Virus record (IMG/VR): IMGVR_UViG_3300023313_000001
Coordinates: 124,001 to 188,000 of that record
DNA length: 64,000 bases
Direction: 5' to 3' (one strand)
Of the stretch, positions 21,608-30,685 are shown one piece after another. Within the stretch, counting starts at the first letter, position 1; each line of letters starts with the position of its first letter. The notes beneath the pieces were generated by a model. The model did not search any database and had not been told where the DNA came from. It saw only the letters and a list, made by a program, of their open reading frames with translations. Both the position numbers and the translations under genes were made by a program.

Positions 21608-22123
21608 ATGGCATCTAAAAGTAAGACAAAAGGTAGTGCATTTGAAAATGTTATTGCCAAAATGCTTAACACTGTATATAACACAAAAGAATTTTCCAGG
21701 TGTCCACTAAGTGGAGCATGGATGGGACGATCTAATGCGGCTAAACGATCTGGAGTTAACGCAGCTGCACAAGAGACTCTCAGAGGAGACTTAATCACCC
21801 CAGATAGTTTTCCATTTGTCATTGAATGTAAGTCATACCACGATTCTCCTTCCTATAACGGAATCATTCAGGGTGCAGACCGTATGCTGGATAAGTGGTT
21901 AAAAGAAGTTGAGTTCGATGCAACTCAAGCTAATAAAATGCCGATGTTATGGTTTAAAACTACCCGAAAAGGGACATTTGTGGCATTTCCGAAATTATCG
22001 ATAACAGGTGACTTTTCCGAAGTGTTTGACTATGTTCTGTTGTACAGAAACTACATCATCATTAGTCAACAATCGTTTTGTAACGAATTCTCGAATATTT
22101 CTGAAGGAAAATACACAATTTAA
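21608..22123 (+). CDS. Holliday junction resolvase, PD-(D/E)XK Hjc-like
   Basis: SKTKGSAFENVIAK...FSRCPLSGA...GDLITP...FVIECKSY. Confidence 0.8.
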   Translation: MASKSKTKGSAFENVIAKMLNTVYNTKEFSRCPLSGAWMGRSNAAKRSGVNAAAQETLRGDLITPDSFPFVIECKSYHDSPSYNGIIQGADRMLDKWLKEVEFDATQANKMPMLWFKTTRKGTFVAFPKLSITGDFSEVFDYVLLYRNYIIISQQSFCNEFSNISEGKYTI

Positions 22124-22134
22124 TATATAGTTAG

Positions 22135-22162
22135 TTGACATTACCAAATTACTAGGTGTAAT
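22135..22162 (+). promoter_or_regulatory. Sigma70-type promoter reading into the non-coding element
   Basis: Perfect -35 TTGACA (22135-22140); imperfect -10 TGTAAT (22157-22162). Confidence 0.5.
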
Positions 22163-22165
22163 GTG

Positions 22166-22738
22166 TCGACTCAGAGGGCAGCTGTGGTGCTGAAATCATC
22201 ATGAATGGCAAAGGCTAGACGAAAATCATCTCATATTGAGAGAGCTCTCCCTTCTTCAACGAAGGTGCCATAATTAATTTAATAGATTAATTATAATTAC
22301 AAAAAAGGATAAGTAGATCTACTAGACACCTGATCTATGCCGATCGTTGGGCAAAGCATATTATAATCAACAGGTATGAGAATACTGAAGGTTGCTGTCC
22401 TCATCGAGGTGTGTTTAACAATACACTAACCAAAACGAGTGTCTATAACTATGTACATCAGAAATGAATATCAGAAATGAATAATGGTCAATGTAATGTT
22501 GATCCGGTATGCCCACCCCCGCATCCCGATAGGGGGATAATTAATAATTTTAAATTACTTTTTACTTTCGAAATTGCTTACTAAGTAATTAATAAAAAGT
22601 GAGACAGACCTAGTGCAGTGAGCTTATATAGCGAATGCAGTGAGCTATATAGGTCGCGCACAGGTCTCAAATTGCGGAGTGAAACGCAGCAATTTGTAAT
22701 AGTTGCAATGATAGACATTACGTTGTATACTGAGTTGA
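22166..22738 (+). ncRNA. Putative ~570-nt structured non-coding element (unknown ncRNA and/or replication origin)
   Basis: No credible ORF; terminal stem 22166-22174/22730-22738, long-range stem 22175-22182/22394-22401 and many local hairpins. Confidence 0.55.
22457..22482 (+). repeat. 13-bp tandem direct repeat x2
   Basis: ATCAGAAATGAAT ATCAGAAATGAAT. Confidence 0.85.
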
Positions 22739-22768
22739 AGAACAGATTAAATCTATAAGGTAACTCAA

Positions 22769-23374
22769 ATGAGCATATATGCATTTAGTATTAAAGAAAA
22801 CTCCGAGCAATTTGGATGGAGAATATTCCCATCATATTTTACCCCTGAAGAATGTAAGCAACTGATAACTGACCATTCTAATGAAACGCCCTGGGATGGT
22901 GGAGTAGTTAATCAACCAAATGCAACCACTGATGAAAGCCAGTCTAATGTGCTCAAATCAATTCGTAATGTCACTATCAAGACTGTTACGGTTGAAACAT
23001 GTCCTTGGATATTCGATAAAATGAACTCATTAGTTTGGGGAGTAAATGAAGCCTACCAATTTGAACTGACTGGATTTATGGAAGACATGCAACTGCTCCA
23101 TTACGGAGATGACATAGGTGGTGGGCATTATAAGTGGCATCAAGACTGGGGACCTGCATACCTATCAACTCGCAAGTTAACTATCATTGTACAACTAACA
23201 GATCCCGCTGAGTATGATGGATGTCAAACAGAAGTCAGTTGCAATGGAATAGCTCCTCAAGGAATAGGGGATGTAGTTGTATTCCCATCATTCATGCCAC
23301 ATCGAGTACTTGAATTAACCAAAGGAAATCGAGATGCCCTAGTCGCATGGGTTAATGGGCCTCCATATAAATAG
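22769..23374 (+). CDS. 2OG-Fe(II) oxygenase (prolyl-hydroxylase/PKHD-like)
   Basis: HYKWHQD, RKLTIIVQL, VVVFPSFMPHRV, GNRDALVAW. Confidence 0.88.
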   Translation: MSIYAFSIKENSEQFGWRIFPSYFTPEECKQLITDHSNETPWDGGVVNQPNATTDESQSNVLKSIRNVTIKTVTVETCPWIFDKMNSLVWGVNEAYQFELTGFMEDMQLLHYGDDIGGGHYKWHQDWGPAYLSTRKLTIIVQLTDPAEYDGCQTEVSCNGIAPQGIGDVVVFPSFMPHRVLELTKGNRDALVAWVNGPPYK

Positions 23375-23431
23375 ACTTCATATATACAATGTATTATAAA
23401 TATAACATTGGTAAAAATGGAGAGTCATGGA

Positions 23432-23740
23432 ATGAACTTACAAGATTTATATGAAGGCAGAGAAGATAAAGTATTACAATTAGTACAAACAGAATTATGG
23501 CCAATTATGGATCCATTAAAAATGACCCTTAAAAATGGCCAAACCGTTATGAAACGAGATAAGGATGGATCTATTCTCAAAAAATCCATCGAAAAAGCAA
23601 TAGAAATCATTAAGCAATATAAAGGTGACCATGCTGAACGTCATATAAGAGCTGTTCAAGCTCTTACAGACTACAGAGATGTACAAACCATGTTGACCAA
23701 CGTACTACTTCACGGTGATGGACATGGAGTAGTACGCTAA
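23432..23740 (+). CDS. Hypothetical late protein, possible internal head protein
   Basis: TATAAATA at 23395, RBS GGAG, start MNLQDLYEG. Confidence 0.6.
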   Translation: MNLQDLYEGREDKVLQLVQTELWPIMDPLKMTLKNGQTVMKRDKDGSILKKSIEKAIEIIKQYKGDHAERHIRAVQALTDYRDVQTMLTNVLLHGDGHGVVR

Positions 23741-23758
23741 GTACTCGCTGAAAAATGC

Positions 23759-23947
23759 TCAGTAGACAGGATTGGATCTCTTACCTTCCACAGTAAGTCT
23801 CTCCTCTACAAAATCTCCTATCATCTGCCGTTCTGCATAGGTTCTATTCAACATATCATTATATTGTATTGAACCTCGCATGAAATACACCAACTGGATT
23901 ACGTCTTTGATAATACCACGTACTTCTCCTTGATATCGCTTAAACAT
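23759..23947 (-). CDS. gp51-like hub/tail assembly chaperone C-part, probably made by -1 frameshift from the upstream gene
   Basis: LVYFMRGSIQYNDMLNRTYAERQMIGDFVEERL; frame is open back to the T7 run at 23989-23995. Confidence 0.65.
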   Translation of the reverse strand: MFKRYQGEVRGIIKDVIQLVYFMRGSIQYNDMLNRTYAERQMIGDFVEERLTVEGKRSNPVY

Positions 23948-23982
23948 ATCACGAACATCATCAGGTGTACCATTCTTCAGCG

Positions 23983-24825
23983 TTATGTAAAAAAACTCAT
24001 TGGATTTAATGGAGTGACAATCGTCAGTCTATCCCCACAATCCTTACAATCCTGTCTAAATGTTGTATCAGCTCCCCATACTGTTATCAAATCAATAGTG
24101 TTATTGATTTGGCGTATCTGGGGCAACGGTAATACCTTCACCCAATCGTGGATGAATTCACGGCTATGAATTACTTGCGCTTCGGTATTGCCGTTAGTTT
24201 GAGCTGGTATGACGACTTTCACAATCAGACCGGCCAATTGGGACACCATCTCATTATTTATTTCTTCAGGGGTTAGCTCTCTATCAGGATCTATTGTAGC
24301 CATCATATCGACTACAGCATCATATCTCATTGGTGATATGAACACATGTTTACCATCATCCATTACGCATTTATATTCATTATTCAACCTAGTGGTGTCT
24401 AAGTTTTTAACCTGAGATATGAAAGTGTTAATAGACACATCATATTTGTGCTCCTTCGCTCCTTCACAATTATGTGTGTGAAGCACTGCAACACTATCAC
24501 CGAATGATACACTACGTAAACATATCAACAAATAATCTACATCCTTAGCTAGTAGCCTCATAGGTTTGATTACATCTGGAATACATCTAGCAAATATCTG
24601 TTTAATAGCCTCGCCTGAAAATAACATATCTGGTGTTTTAATTATAATTTCATCTAAGGCTGTCATTGGATATACATGCAATTCTCCGTTCTGAACACTG
24701 GGTGCTAACTCTCCATCATTATAGAACAATCCACTGGATGGTAACTGAAAAGTCTCTCCAGGAATTCTTCCAGACACCAAAAGTGGGTTAACAACACTAC
24801 TTGGTTGTGTGGTATTATCTATCAT
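23983..24825 (-). CDS. gp26-like baseplate hub/tail assembly chaperone
   Basis: FQLPSSGLFY, VYPMTALDEI, DVDYLLICLRSVSFG, C-terminal CKDC...NPMSFF. Confidence 0.78.
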   Translation of the reverse strand: MIDNTTQPSSVVNPLLVSGRIPGETFQLPSSGLFYNDGELAPSVQNGELHVYPMTALDEIIIKTPDMLFSGEAIKQIFARCIPDVIKPMRLLAKDVDYLLICLRSVSFGDSVAVLHTHNCEGAKEHKYDVSINTFISQVKNLDTTRLNNEYKCVMDDGKHVFISPMRYDAVVDMMATIDPDRELTPEEINNEMVSQLAGLIVKVVIPAQTNGNTEAQVIHSREFIHDWVKVLPLPQIRQINNTIDLITVWGADTTFRQDCKDCGDRLTIVTPLNPMSFFT

Positions 24826-24855
24826 TAATATTCTCCATTGTGTGTATTAGTCTAC

Positions 24856-24895
24856 TATTTATGAGGGATTAAACAAAGGACGTCCCTCATAAATA
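24856..24895. promoter_or_regulatory. Back-to-back late promoters forming a perfect 13-bp inverted repeat
   Basis: TATTTATGAGGGA-N14-TCCCTCATAAATA. Confidence 0.75.
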
Positions 24896-24923
24896 CCGAA
24901 TAACTACTCATGGGAATCGTTGG

Positions 24924-27854
24924 ATGACATCACTTACCAAACAAGAAGCTGCATTAATCGCGGATGAAATTAAGAAAGCAATGACTAAATTGCTGGTGAG
25001 TCACCAAACGTTCCTTTCAGATATGTCTAATGAGAGAGGTTCTCGTCGTCCATCCAAAGGTAAGAATGGGGAGTCCTCATCATCTAGTATGAACATCAAT
25101 CGTAGATTGACTGGGTCTATTAAAAATTTAAACTCTGCTGTTGGAAAATCGTCTGATCTGTTTGCATCTCTGAACACGCAGCTCAAACAATCCACAAAGA
25201 ATAGTAAACAGGATAATGTTGTCGGTGGTGCACAACAGCGTAGAGTACAAAAAAACCAACTTAGGTATCTCAAGTTTATGGCTCGTAGTGCCAATGATAC
25301 TAAACACTTATCAGACTCATATTCCAAATCTGCATCATCGGTTGAAAAAAGTGGTAAAAAAGTTAAAGGTGAGCTAACTACTTTTGGACAAGCCCTAGAG
25401 AAGTATGGAACTCAGTTACTATCTAAAGTTGGTGTAGGTAAGGGAGTTGCTACCATATTCTCAGACCTCCAACAGGCTATGTCTACTAGTAACATGTATG
25501 ATGTTGAAGCTACCAATGTAGCAGCGTTGCAAATGGGGATAACTGTAAAAGATTTGATATCACTACAATCATCCTATAGAACTGATGCGTTACGTTCAGC
25601 AGATGGTATTACTGCTTGGACAGAAAATCTTCGTAAATCACAATATGACCTACTAACCTTCACTGGAAATACCAAAGACGCCGCCAAAGCCGCTGCTGCA
25701 ATACGATCTACCGTAATGGATGCAGGTATATCCTTTAAAGAGGCAACTAAAGTAATAGGGTCTGGTAAAGATGGATTAGTTGGACAGTTAAAGAAATTAT
25801 CTAGTGCAACAGGGATGACTATAATGGGCCTCAATGATGGAATGAAATCTATCATATCAGGAGACGAAACTCGTTACATGCTTCAAAAAATGGATAAGAG
25901 TCAACGCGGAAAGTTTTTATCCGACCAGGCTAAATCAGCTCAACAATACACGTTACTTACCGGAAGTTGGGAGAAGGCTAGAGAGTTGGTTATAGCCCAA
26001 CAAAATGAAGGTAAAAAGACGTTCAAAGAACGTTATATTGCAGCAGCAAAACTACAAGCAGCTGCTGTTCGAACTGGGATGGGTGTTGAAGACGCTCAAC
26101 GCATGAGTACGCTCTTTATAAAAAATCCATCACAACGTAATGCTGACGAACAATTGGAGTTGACCAAGCTTCAGAGTAGATTGCACAACAACGTAAGCTT
26201 AATGACGGGAAGTGGGGATGCTCACACAGAGATGATGGGTAACGTTATTATGGACCAATTAGGTGTTAGTGACGTTGGTAACAAAAATTTAACCACATAC
26301 ACTGAGCTTAACCAACAATCTACAGAAAGACACTCTCGTCAAAATATATCAGCTATTATGGATGGTAACTCGTTAGCAAAGTCTACACTCACCATCCAAC
26401 AACAGATTTGGAACACATTAGACAATGGGTTCGTGCAGATGGTTGCTGGATTTGCTGTGCTAGCCCTAAAGGATAAAATAAACCCTCTGGAGCTATTCAG
26501 AAAGAGTGTTGATGGTACCAAAGGCGGATTTATGCGCAATGCTAAAGCAGCTAAACTACGTATGGGTAAGAGACTCGGACGAGTTGGCAAGCTTGCTGGA
26601 CTAGCAGCAGAGGGCGGCACTATTGGTAAAGCACTATTAAAAGGAATTGGTAAAGGAGGAATTGCAGGATTGGCGTCTATGGGGGTCAATGCAGCAGTAG
26701 ATTATGGAATAGACCCACACACCTCTAACCAGGCCACAGCAAAAAATGGGTTAACAGGAGCTATATCTGGAGCAGGATATGGTGCAATGATAGGTTCTGT
26801 AATTCCAGTAATAGGAACTGCTGTGGGAGCTGCTGTAGGAGGAGTTATTGGGGGTATAGTCGGATTATTAGAAGATACTAAAACAGACCGTCAATTTACT
26901 GCTGAAGCTCAACAAGCTGAACTTCATAATAAACTAGCAATATATGATGCTGAGATGACAAACGTTAAAAAACGCCAACAAGCTGAACTAGAGGGAATGT
27001 CTGACATTTTTACTCGTCGTCAAGAAGCAATGGATAATCATGACTACAAAGAAGCAGCCAGACAGCAACTCGAAATTGATAATGTAAGAGAAAGACACTC
27101 AGCTGAAATGGAGTTAATCACCAAACAACGTGCAGCTGCACAAGAATTAAGCTCTATCTATAGTGAAATGTCTAAATCAGAAGGGGACTATAGCAAATTC
27201 CAGGCTGCGTTTGCTGATGCTGACGAAATGAATTGGATTCCGTGGCAGCATCAAATAGACACAGGTGAGTTGAAAGATCAAACTGGAATGGGTGCACAAG
27301 AGCTCCTATCTAAGGTACTCCAACACGGATCCCAACTCAACATAACTGATAAGGAAAAAATGGAAATCAGTGATGCACTATTCTCAGGAGCTGAACTAGA
27401 GGGGGACAGATTCCATGATATATTCACTGCACTCAGAGAAGGTATGAAAAAAGAATATCAGCAATCGAAAACTAAACTAGACGATCGATTACAACAATCT
27501 AGTTCTGCACTTAAGGATGCTAAATCAGCCAAATCCAACTATGACAGAACCCATATTGCCCCATCAACTCCATCCAGGCTTAAGCCAGTGTTAGAAGAAT
27601 TGACGCGCCCTAACAATGCAGAGAACACAAAAAAAATGATCGACGGGTTGACATTAACCCCAGCAGAACGAACTAATGCAGACACCAACAAAGATGGAAA
27701 GTTAGGAGCAGATGAAAAACTGGCTTACATTGCTGATCTATTAGAACGCACACTTAGTGCAAACGAACGAAACTTCACTATTACCCAAGACCAAGCTGAA
27801 AAAGCGTTGGCGATAAGTCGTAAAAATAAAAAACGCGGAATGGTTGCAGAATAA
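24924..27854 (+). CDS. Tape measure protein (976 aa)
   Basis: Long Ala/Gln/Lys-rich helical protein with Gly-rich hydrophobic segment GAGYGAMIGSVIPVIGTAVGAAVGGVIGG; lies between chaperone and portal genes. Confidence 0.7.
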   Translation: MTSLTKQEAALIADEIKKAMTKLLVSHQTFLSDMSNERGSRRPSKGKNGESSSSSMNINRRLTGSIKNLNSAVGKSSDLFASLNTQLKQSTKNSKQDNVVGGAQQRRVQKNQLRYLKFMARSANDTKHLSDSYSKSASSVEKSGKKVKGELTTFGQALEKYGTQLLSKVGVGKGVATIFSDLQQAMSTSNMYDVEATNVAALQMGITVKDLISLQSSYRTDALRSADGITAWTENLRKSQYDLLTFTGNTKDAAKAAAAIRSTVMDAGISFKEATKVIGSGKDGLVGQLKKLSSATGMTIMGLNDGMKSIISGDETRYMLQKMDKSQRGKFLSDQAKSAQQYTLLTGSWEKARELVIAQQNEGKKTFKERYIAAAKLQAAAVRTGMGVEDAQRMSTLFIKNPSQRNADEQLELTKLQSRLHNNVSLMTGSGDAHTEMMGNVIMDQLGVSDVGNKNLTTYTELNQQSTERHSRQNISAIMDGNSLAKSTLTIQQQIWNTLDNGFVQMVAGFAVLALKDKINPLELFRKSVDGTKGGFMRNAKAAKLRMGKRLGRVGKLAGLAAEGGTIGKALLKGIGKGGIAGLASMGVNAAVDYGIDPHTSNQATAKNGLTGAISGAGYGAMIGSVIPVIGTAVGAAVGGVIGGIVGLLEDTKTDRQFTAEAQQAELHNKLAIYDAEMTNVKKRQQAELEGMSDIFTRRQEAMDNHDYKEAARQQLEIDNVRERHSAEMELITKQRAAAQELSSIYSEMSKSEGDYSKFQAAFADADEMNWIPWQHQIDTGELKDQTGMGAQELLSKVLQHGSQLNITDKEKMEISDALFSGAELEGDRFHDIFTALREGMKKEYQQSKTKLDDRLQQSSSALKDAKSAKSNYDRTHIAPSTPSRLKPVLEELTRPNNAENTKKMIDGLTLTPAERTNADTNKDGKLGADEKLAYIADLLERTLSANERNFTITQDQAEKALAISRKNKKRGMVAE

Positions 27855-27879
27855 TGCAAGTAACACCCTACAATGCAAC

Positions 27880-27887
27880 TATAAATA
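27880..27887 (+). promoter_or_regulatory. Late promoter TATAAATA (portal)
   Basis: Exact T4 late consensus upstream of ATG 27921. Confidence 0.75.
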
Positions 27888-27920
27888 CATACACATATAT
27901 TAATTCAATGAGACAAACCT

Positions 27921-29594
27921 ATGCAACCTAAGTGGACAGGATATTTTAAAGTTGTAGAGCCCCAGAGTGACACTGTAAAAGTAACAGATAACATGTCCAC
28001 TGATGCTTCTGCATACAATAACTACAGTTGGTACCAACGATTAGTCCACGGATCATCGTCACGTATATCTAGGTATCAAGAATATGATGTAATGGACCAG
28101 GATGTTGACGTATCTCGTGCACTAGACTTGATATCGGAAGAGATGACCAACCGCAACGCTAAAACTGGACTAGCATTGGATGTTAATTTAACGCTTGAAG
28201 ATGGTCGTCAAGTATCTGACAGCCTAGTTGCCACAATTCGTGTTGCACTCAAACACTGGTGTATTATGCATAAAATGAATATTAAATTATTCGACATTGC
28301 TCGTCACACTATCAAATATGGTGACCTATTTTTTAGAAAAATTGAAGGACAACAAAAATGGGAATATATTAACAGTAAACACGTTATTGCAGCAGTAGTT
28401 GACTCTGAAGATGTTACTAAAATTGTAGCCTATCAGATCCGTAAGGATGTAAAAAAGCCTAGACAGAATGCAGGCGGAAGTGTACCTGTCCACCAAGAAT
28501 ATGAAACTGAAATCGTCCCAGCCCCTGAAGTTGTCAGATTCACCCTAAACGATGATATGTCAGATATGGCTCCATTTGGGGAGTCTGTACTCTCACAAGT
28601 GTATCGTGTACAAAAACAAAAAGAACTACTAGAAGATGCGATTGTAATTTACAGAGTCCAACGAGCCCCAGAGAGACGGGTATTTTACATTGATGTTGGG
28701 AAAATGCCACCACAACGAACTAAACAATATTTAGAAACTATCAAAAACGAAATCCGTCAAAAGAAGGTTCCATCAATTAATGGAGGAACTGCTAACATTG
28801 ACTCCACCTATAATCCTCAAAGTATGTCTGAAGACTTTTACTTCGCTCAACGCCCCAATGGTGCAGGTTCTAGAGTGGAAACACTTCCAGGTGGCCAAAA
28901 TTTGGGAGAGTTATCTGACTTAGAATATTTTAGATCCAAAGTAATGGAAGGTCTTCGAATTCCTCCATCCTATATCCCAAATTTCGAAACCCAAGATTCT
29001 GCTGGGGCATTCAATGATGGTAATGTTGGAACAGCATATATGCAAGAGATCCAATTTTTGAAGTATGTCGATAGATTGCAACAGCATATCAACGAGGTAC
29101 TGGATATAGAGTTCAAACGATTCATGAAGGATTTAGATATCCACATTGATGAAACTATGTATCAAATTAAACTCCCTCAACCTACAAACTTTGAAAAATA
29201 TAAAGAAGCTGCTGTCGATGGTGAGTTACTTACACAATTTGGTAATGCGGATGGTGTAGAATACATGTCCAAACGATTTGTGATGTCGCGATATTTAAAA
29301 CTATCTCCAGATGAGATTGCTACCAACGAAATGTTGTTACGACAGGAGCGTGGAATGGATCCCCAAGACGGAAAAGCCTTGGTTAAATTATATAATCCTG
29401 ATCTCATGGATATGGAGGCTCCTGAGGAACCTGACTCCCCTGGGGGTGGCTTTGGTGGGGGTGGTGGCTTTGGTGACGGTGGGCTGGATGATGATATGGA
29501 TGACGATGAACCCGCTGACGATACTAGTGCAATAACAGATAAAGCATCTGAGGATACTACACCAACAGATACAAAAGACGCCAATACACCATAA
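27921..29594 (+). CDS. gp20: Portal protein
   Basis: LLEDAIVIYRVQRAPERRVFYIDVGKMP; EDFYFAQR...VETLPGGQNLGELSDLEYF. Confidence 0.95.
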   Translation: MQPKWTGYFKVVEPQSDTVKVTDNMSTDASAYNNYSWYQRLVHGSSSRISRYQEYDVMDQDVDVSRALDLISEEMTNRNAKTGLALDVNLTLEDGRQVSDSLVATIRVALKHWCIMHKMNIKLFDIARHTIKYGDLFFRKIEGQQKWEYINSKHVIAAVVDSEDVTKIVAYQIRKDVKKPRQNAGGSVPVHQEYETEIVPAPEVVRFTLNDDMSDMAPFGESVLSQVYRVQKQKELLEDAIVIYRVQRAPERRVFYIDVGKMPPQRTKQYLETIKNEIRQKKVPSINGGTANIDSTYNPQSMSEDFYFAQRPNGAGSRVETLPGGQNLGELSDLEYFRSKVMEGLRIPPSYIPNFETQDSAGAFNDGNVGTAYMQEIQFLKYVDRLQQHINEVLDIEFKRFMKDLDIHIDETMYQIKLPQPTNFEKYKEAAVDGELLTQFGNADGVEYMSKRFVMSRYLKLSPDEIATNEMLLRQERGMDPQDGKALVKLYNPDLMDMEAPEEPDSPGGGFGGGGGFGDGGLDDDMDDDEPADDTSAITDKASEDTTPTDTKDANTP

Positions 29595-29622
29595 ATAAAT
29601 GACATAACACAGGATTTTTACA

Positions 29623-30258
29623 ATGAAATCAGAAATTTTAATAGAAACACTAATGCCGTCTGAAAGCAACATGATAGTTGAAACTACTCAAACAGCAGAT
29701 AAATCATTATGGTTGAGTGGAATATTTATGCAAAGTGACATGCAGAATCGTAATGGTCGCACCTACCCGATGAGTGAGATCACTAAAGCAGTGAATGAAG
29801 CTAATGAGCGTATCAAAGAATCTAATGGAATCTTTGGCGAGCTCGATCACCCACAATCATTAACTATCAACTTAGATCGCATTTCGCATGTAATTACTGA
29901 GATGAAAATGGTTGGTGCAAACGCTGTAGGAAAAGCTAAAATAATTGCCGACACACCAATGGGTGGAATAGCTAAAGCATTAATCGAATCGGGTGCTAAA
30001 GTTGGGGTAAGCTCACGCGGTGCAGGTCAAGTTAATGAAAGTATAGTCACAGATTTCGCGTTCGTCACAGTAGATCTAGTGGCACAACCCTCAGCCCCTG
30101 GCGCTGTACCGAACAGCATATATGAATCACTGGATACGTCTAAAAACGGCAAAGAGATTCTCACGCTATCTGAACAAATTCAACAAGACCCACGAGCTCA
30201 AGAATTCATGAAAAAAGAAATCTTGGGATTTCTCGCTGAAATGAATTGGCGAAAATGA
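29623..30258 (+). CDS. gp21: Prohead protease
   Basis: GIFMQSDMQNRNGRTYP, GELDHP, GVSSRGAG, DLVAQPSAPGA. Confidence 0.95.
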   Translation: MKSEILIETLMPSESNMIVETTQTADKSLWLSGIFMQSDMQNRNGRTYPMSEITKAVNEANERIKESNGIFGELDHPQSLTINLDRISHVITEMKMVGANAVGKAKIIADTPMGGIAKALIESGAKVGVSSRGAGQVNESIVTDFAFVTVDLVAQPSAPGAVPNSIYESLDTSKNGKEILTLSEQIQQDPRAQEFMKKEILGFLAEMNWRK

Positions 30259-30641
30259 TATTGTCTGGTATAATCTACCAAGCATGTCTGGCACTAACAA
30301 TACAAGCACCACAGCAAAACAAAAAGTTTGGATGACCACCACACCATCCAAACTTGACGCTGTCTGAATTGGCTCATTAGATGAAATTGCTAAGAAAATA
30401 TACAGAACAAGATTATCCAACTATAGGATAACTGATCCCCAAGTAACATCCTCAATTATACCTAGACCTATTGAGTCTAATATGATACTATCCATTTAGG
30501 CACCCAGTATGTGGGCAGCTATATATGTTAAAACTATAAAAACATGAATATTCTATTAGGGGTATACTTCACCTAACTAATTGATTCTACACGATTAGTT
30601 GTGGGTATAATATACATATCTCACCATTAAAATCAATGAGT

Positions 30642-30649
30642 TATAAATA
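30642..30649 (+). promoter_or_regulatory. Late promoter TATAAATA (scaffold-capsid operon)
   Basis: Exact consensus upstream of RBS AGGAG and ATG 30686. Confidence 0.75.
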
Positions 30650-30685
30650 TTCGGACATACTAGTTATAATCCACAGGAGAACACG

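Noticed and set aside
22166-22738. tmRNA, RNase P, SRP, tRNA or group I/II intron identity for the non-coding element; also the 67-aa minus ORF 22581-22784
   Set aside because: No tRNA-like ends, no GAGGAAAGUCC, no recognisable intron core by eye; the ORF runs through the hairpins and has no support
29400-29594. G-rich repeats at the portal 3' end as a DNA element
   Set aside because: Explained by a Gly/acidic low-complexity protein tail
30259-30640. Possible gene or decayed endonuclease between gp21 and gp22
   Set aside because: Only short interrupted frames; any resemblance to endonuclease N-termini is too weak to call
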